64,000 nt of DNA from Anthoceros angustus (lineage: Eukaryota > Plantae > Anthocerotophyta), in the NCBI GenBank assembly GCA_010909165.1, contig VJWM01000108.1, positions 496,001 to 560,000 on the forward strand, in the 5' to 3' direction. The stretch's first letter is position 1. Every line of letters starts with the position of its first letter. Below are positions 62,785 through 64,000 of this stretch, piece after piece. Below the pieces are notes generated by a model, which was not told the origin of the DNA, did not search any database, and saw only the letters and a program-made list of their open reading frames with translations. The position numbers were made by a program, and so were the translations under genes.

Positions 62785-64000
62785 TCAATGCCGATCCCCA
62801 CATGAACAAGACCCGTCCACGAATCGATGTACTCTATGTGCATCTCTCACAATGATCTCTCGCTTCTCAAGATGCGACATGACCTTTGTGCTGCTGTGGC
62901 AGTCATTGCACATGCGCAGATTCTTTGTCACTACCAAAGTTGAGCCATCTGGTGTGTTGAGCAGACCATACGCCAGGGCCAGTTTTTCCGCATGACCGCA
63001 CAAGGAATCCTCCTTCTCCTCCTCAGACACCGCCTTCAACACCAGCTCTGTTTGTGGCACATGGCCTCCGTCCCTTATCCTCCTATTCACGCTCCTCAGC
63101 AGCGTTGAAGAAATGTCAGACCTCTCTTCCCCGATAGTGAACTCGTGCACCTCCTTCTTCACTTCAATGCAGGCTTTTGCAGCTTTCTTCACAGCACCTG
63201 CTGCCTTTCTCATCCTCTCTATCCTATCCACGTCGTCCCACCTGCCTGCACCCGCGTAGATGTTCCCCAGCAGCACATACGAGCTTGCATCATCGGCTGC
63301 TAACCCTACAAGATGCTCAAAACAGCGCCTTCCACGCTCCACGTCGCCATGGCTTTTACACGCACTTAGTAGGGCTGTCCAGCCCACCACCTCATGGCCA
63401 AACGATGTACTTCTCAGCATATTTTCAGCCTCGTCCAATTTGCCTGACCGGCCCAGAAGATCAACCATGCAGCTGTAGTGAACATCGGTTGGCACAATCC
63501 CATGGTCCTCCACCATCGTTCTGAAAAACCTTTGCCCCTCATCCACCAGGCCTGCATGGCTGCATGCCACCAAAAGACTGGTGAAAGTTGCGGCGTCTGG
63601 CCGTATACCTTCTTCCAGCATCCGTTCGAAACAGCCAATTGCCATGTGACCGTCACTATGTTGAGCATACCCATTGAGCATAGCCGTCCATGTCACTGTA
63701 TCTCTTGTGGGCAGTCTGTCAAACACTTTGCGAGCATCTTCCAAACTCCCACATTTTGCATACAAGTCCACCAGGCAGTTACCAACCACCATGTTATCTT
63801 CAAGTTGTTGCGCACGGACCAGTGTGTGAAGCTCCTTCCCCTGCTGCAACGCTCCCACAGTGGCGCAGGCTTGAAGAAGGCTCACAAATATGACATGATC
63901 GCCTGGAGTGATTCCCTCACTTTGCATACTCCCATACAGAGCAAGGGCTTCTCGTCCAAGCCCCTGCTGACTATATCCAGCAAGCATGGCAGTCCAAGTC
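62785..64000 (-). CDS. PLS-class PPR with variant DYW:KP-type 'DRH' deaminase-like domain (5' end outside the window); candidate U-to-C editing factor
   Basis: P-L-S, P2-L2-S2 and E1/E2, then KKAAKACIEV in place of the PG box, HAEKLA, KNLRMCNDCH and a terminal GSCSCGDRH*. Confidence 0.92.
   Translation of the reverse strand, partial: TWTAMLAGYSQQGLGREALALYGSMQSEGITPGDHVIFVSLLQACATVGALQQGKELHTLVRAQQLEDNMVVGNCLVDLYAKCGSLEDARKVFDRLPTRDTVTWTAMLNGYAQHSDGHMAIGCFERMLEEGIRPDAATFTSLLVACSHAGLVDEGQRFFRTMVEDHGIVPTDVHYSCMVDLLGRSGKLDEAENMLRSTSFGHEVVGWTALLSACKSHGDVERGRRCFEHLVGLAADDASSYVLLGNIYAGAGRWDDVDRIERMRKAAGAVKKAAKACIEVKKEVHEFTIGEERSDISSTLLRSVNRRIRDGGHVPQTELVLKAVSEEEKEDSLCGHAEKLALAYGLLNTPDGSTLVVTKNLRMCNDCHSSTKVMSHLEKREIIVRDAHRVHRFVDGSCSCGDRH

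Overview
Eukaryotic, gene-dense land-plant nuclear DNA with short introns. It is most consistent with a hornwort (Anthoceros-like); this is inferred from a flagellar HYDIN gene together with a PLS-PPR ending in the variant DYW:KP/'DRH' domain. Gene order: MRG1-like chromatin reader (+), FIP1[V]-like polyadenylation factor (-), decayed PPR pseudogene (-) head-to-head with an intact PLS-E+ PPR (+), an unrecognised 5-exon ~437-aa Gly/Ser/Cys-rich repeat protein (-) preceded by a spliced 62-aa small ORF, a compact ATG9 lacking the C-terminal tail (+), repeat/TE-like DNA, a ~27-kb HYDIN (+), and the 3' part of a DYW:KP-DRH PPR (-), a candidate U-to-C RNA-editing factor. Several 0.8-2 kb near-identical tandem duplications, with microhomology junctions and complementary indel errors, interrupt FIP1, ATG9 and HYDIN; they are probably long-read assembly artefacts. 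HYDIN switches abruptly from AT-rich to very GC-rich coding sequence near 57 kb, around an intron full of telomere-motif minisatellites. Exon coordinates were read by eye and may be off by a few bases.
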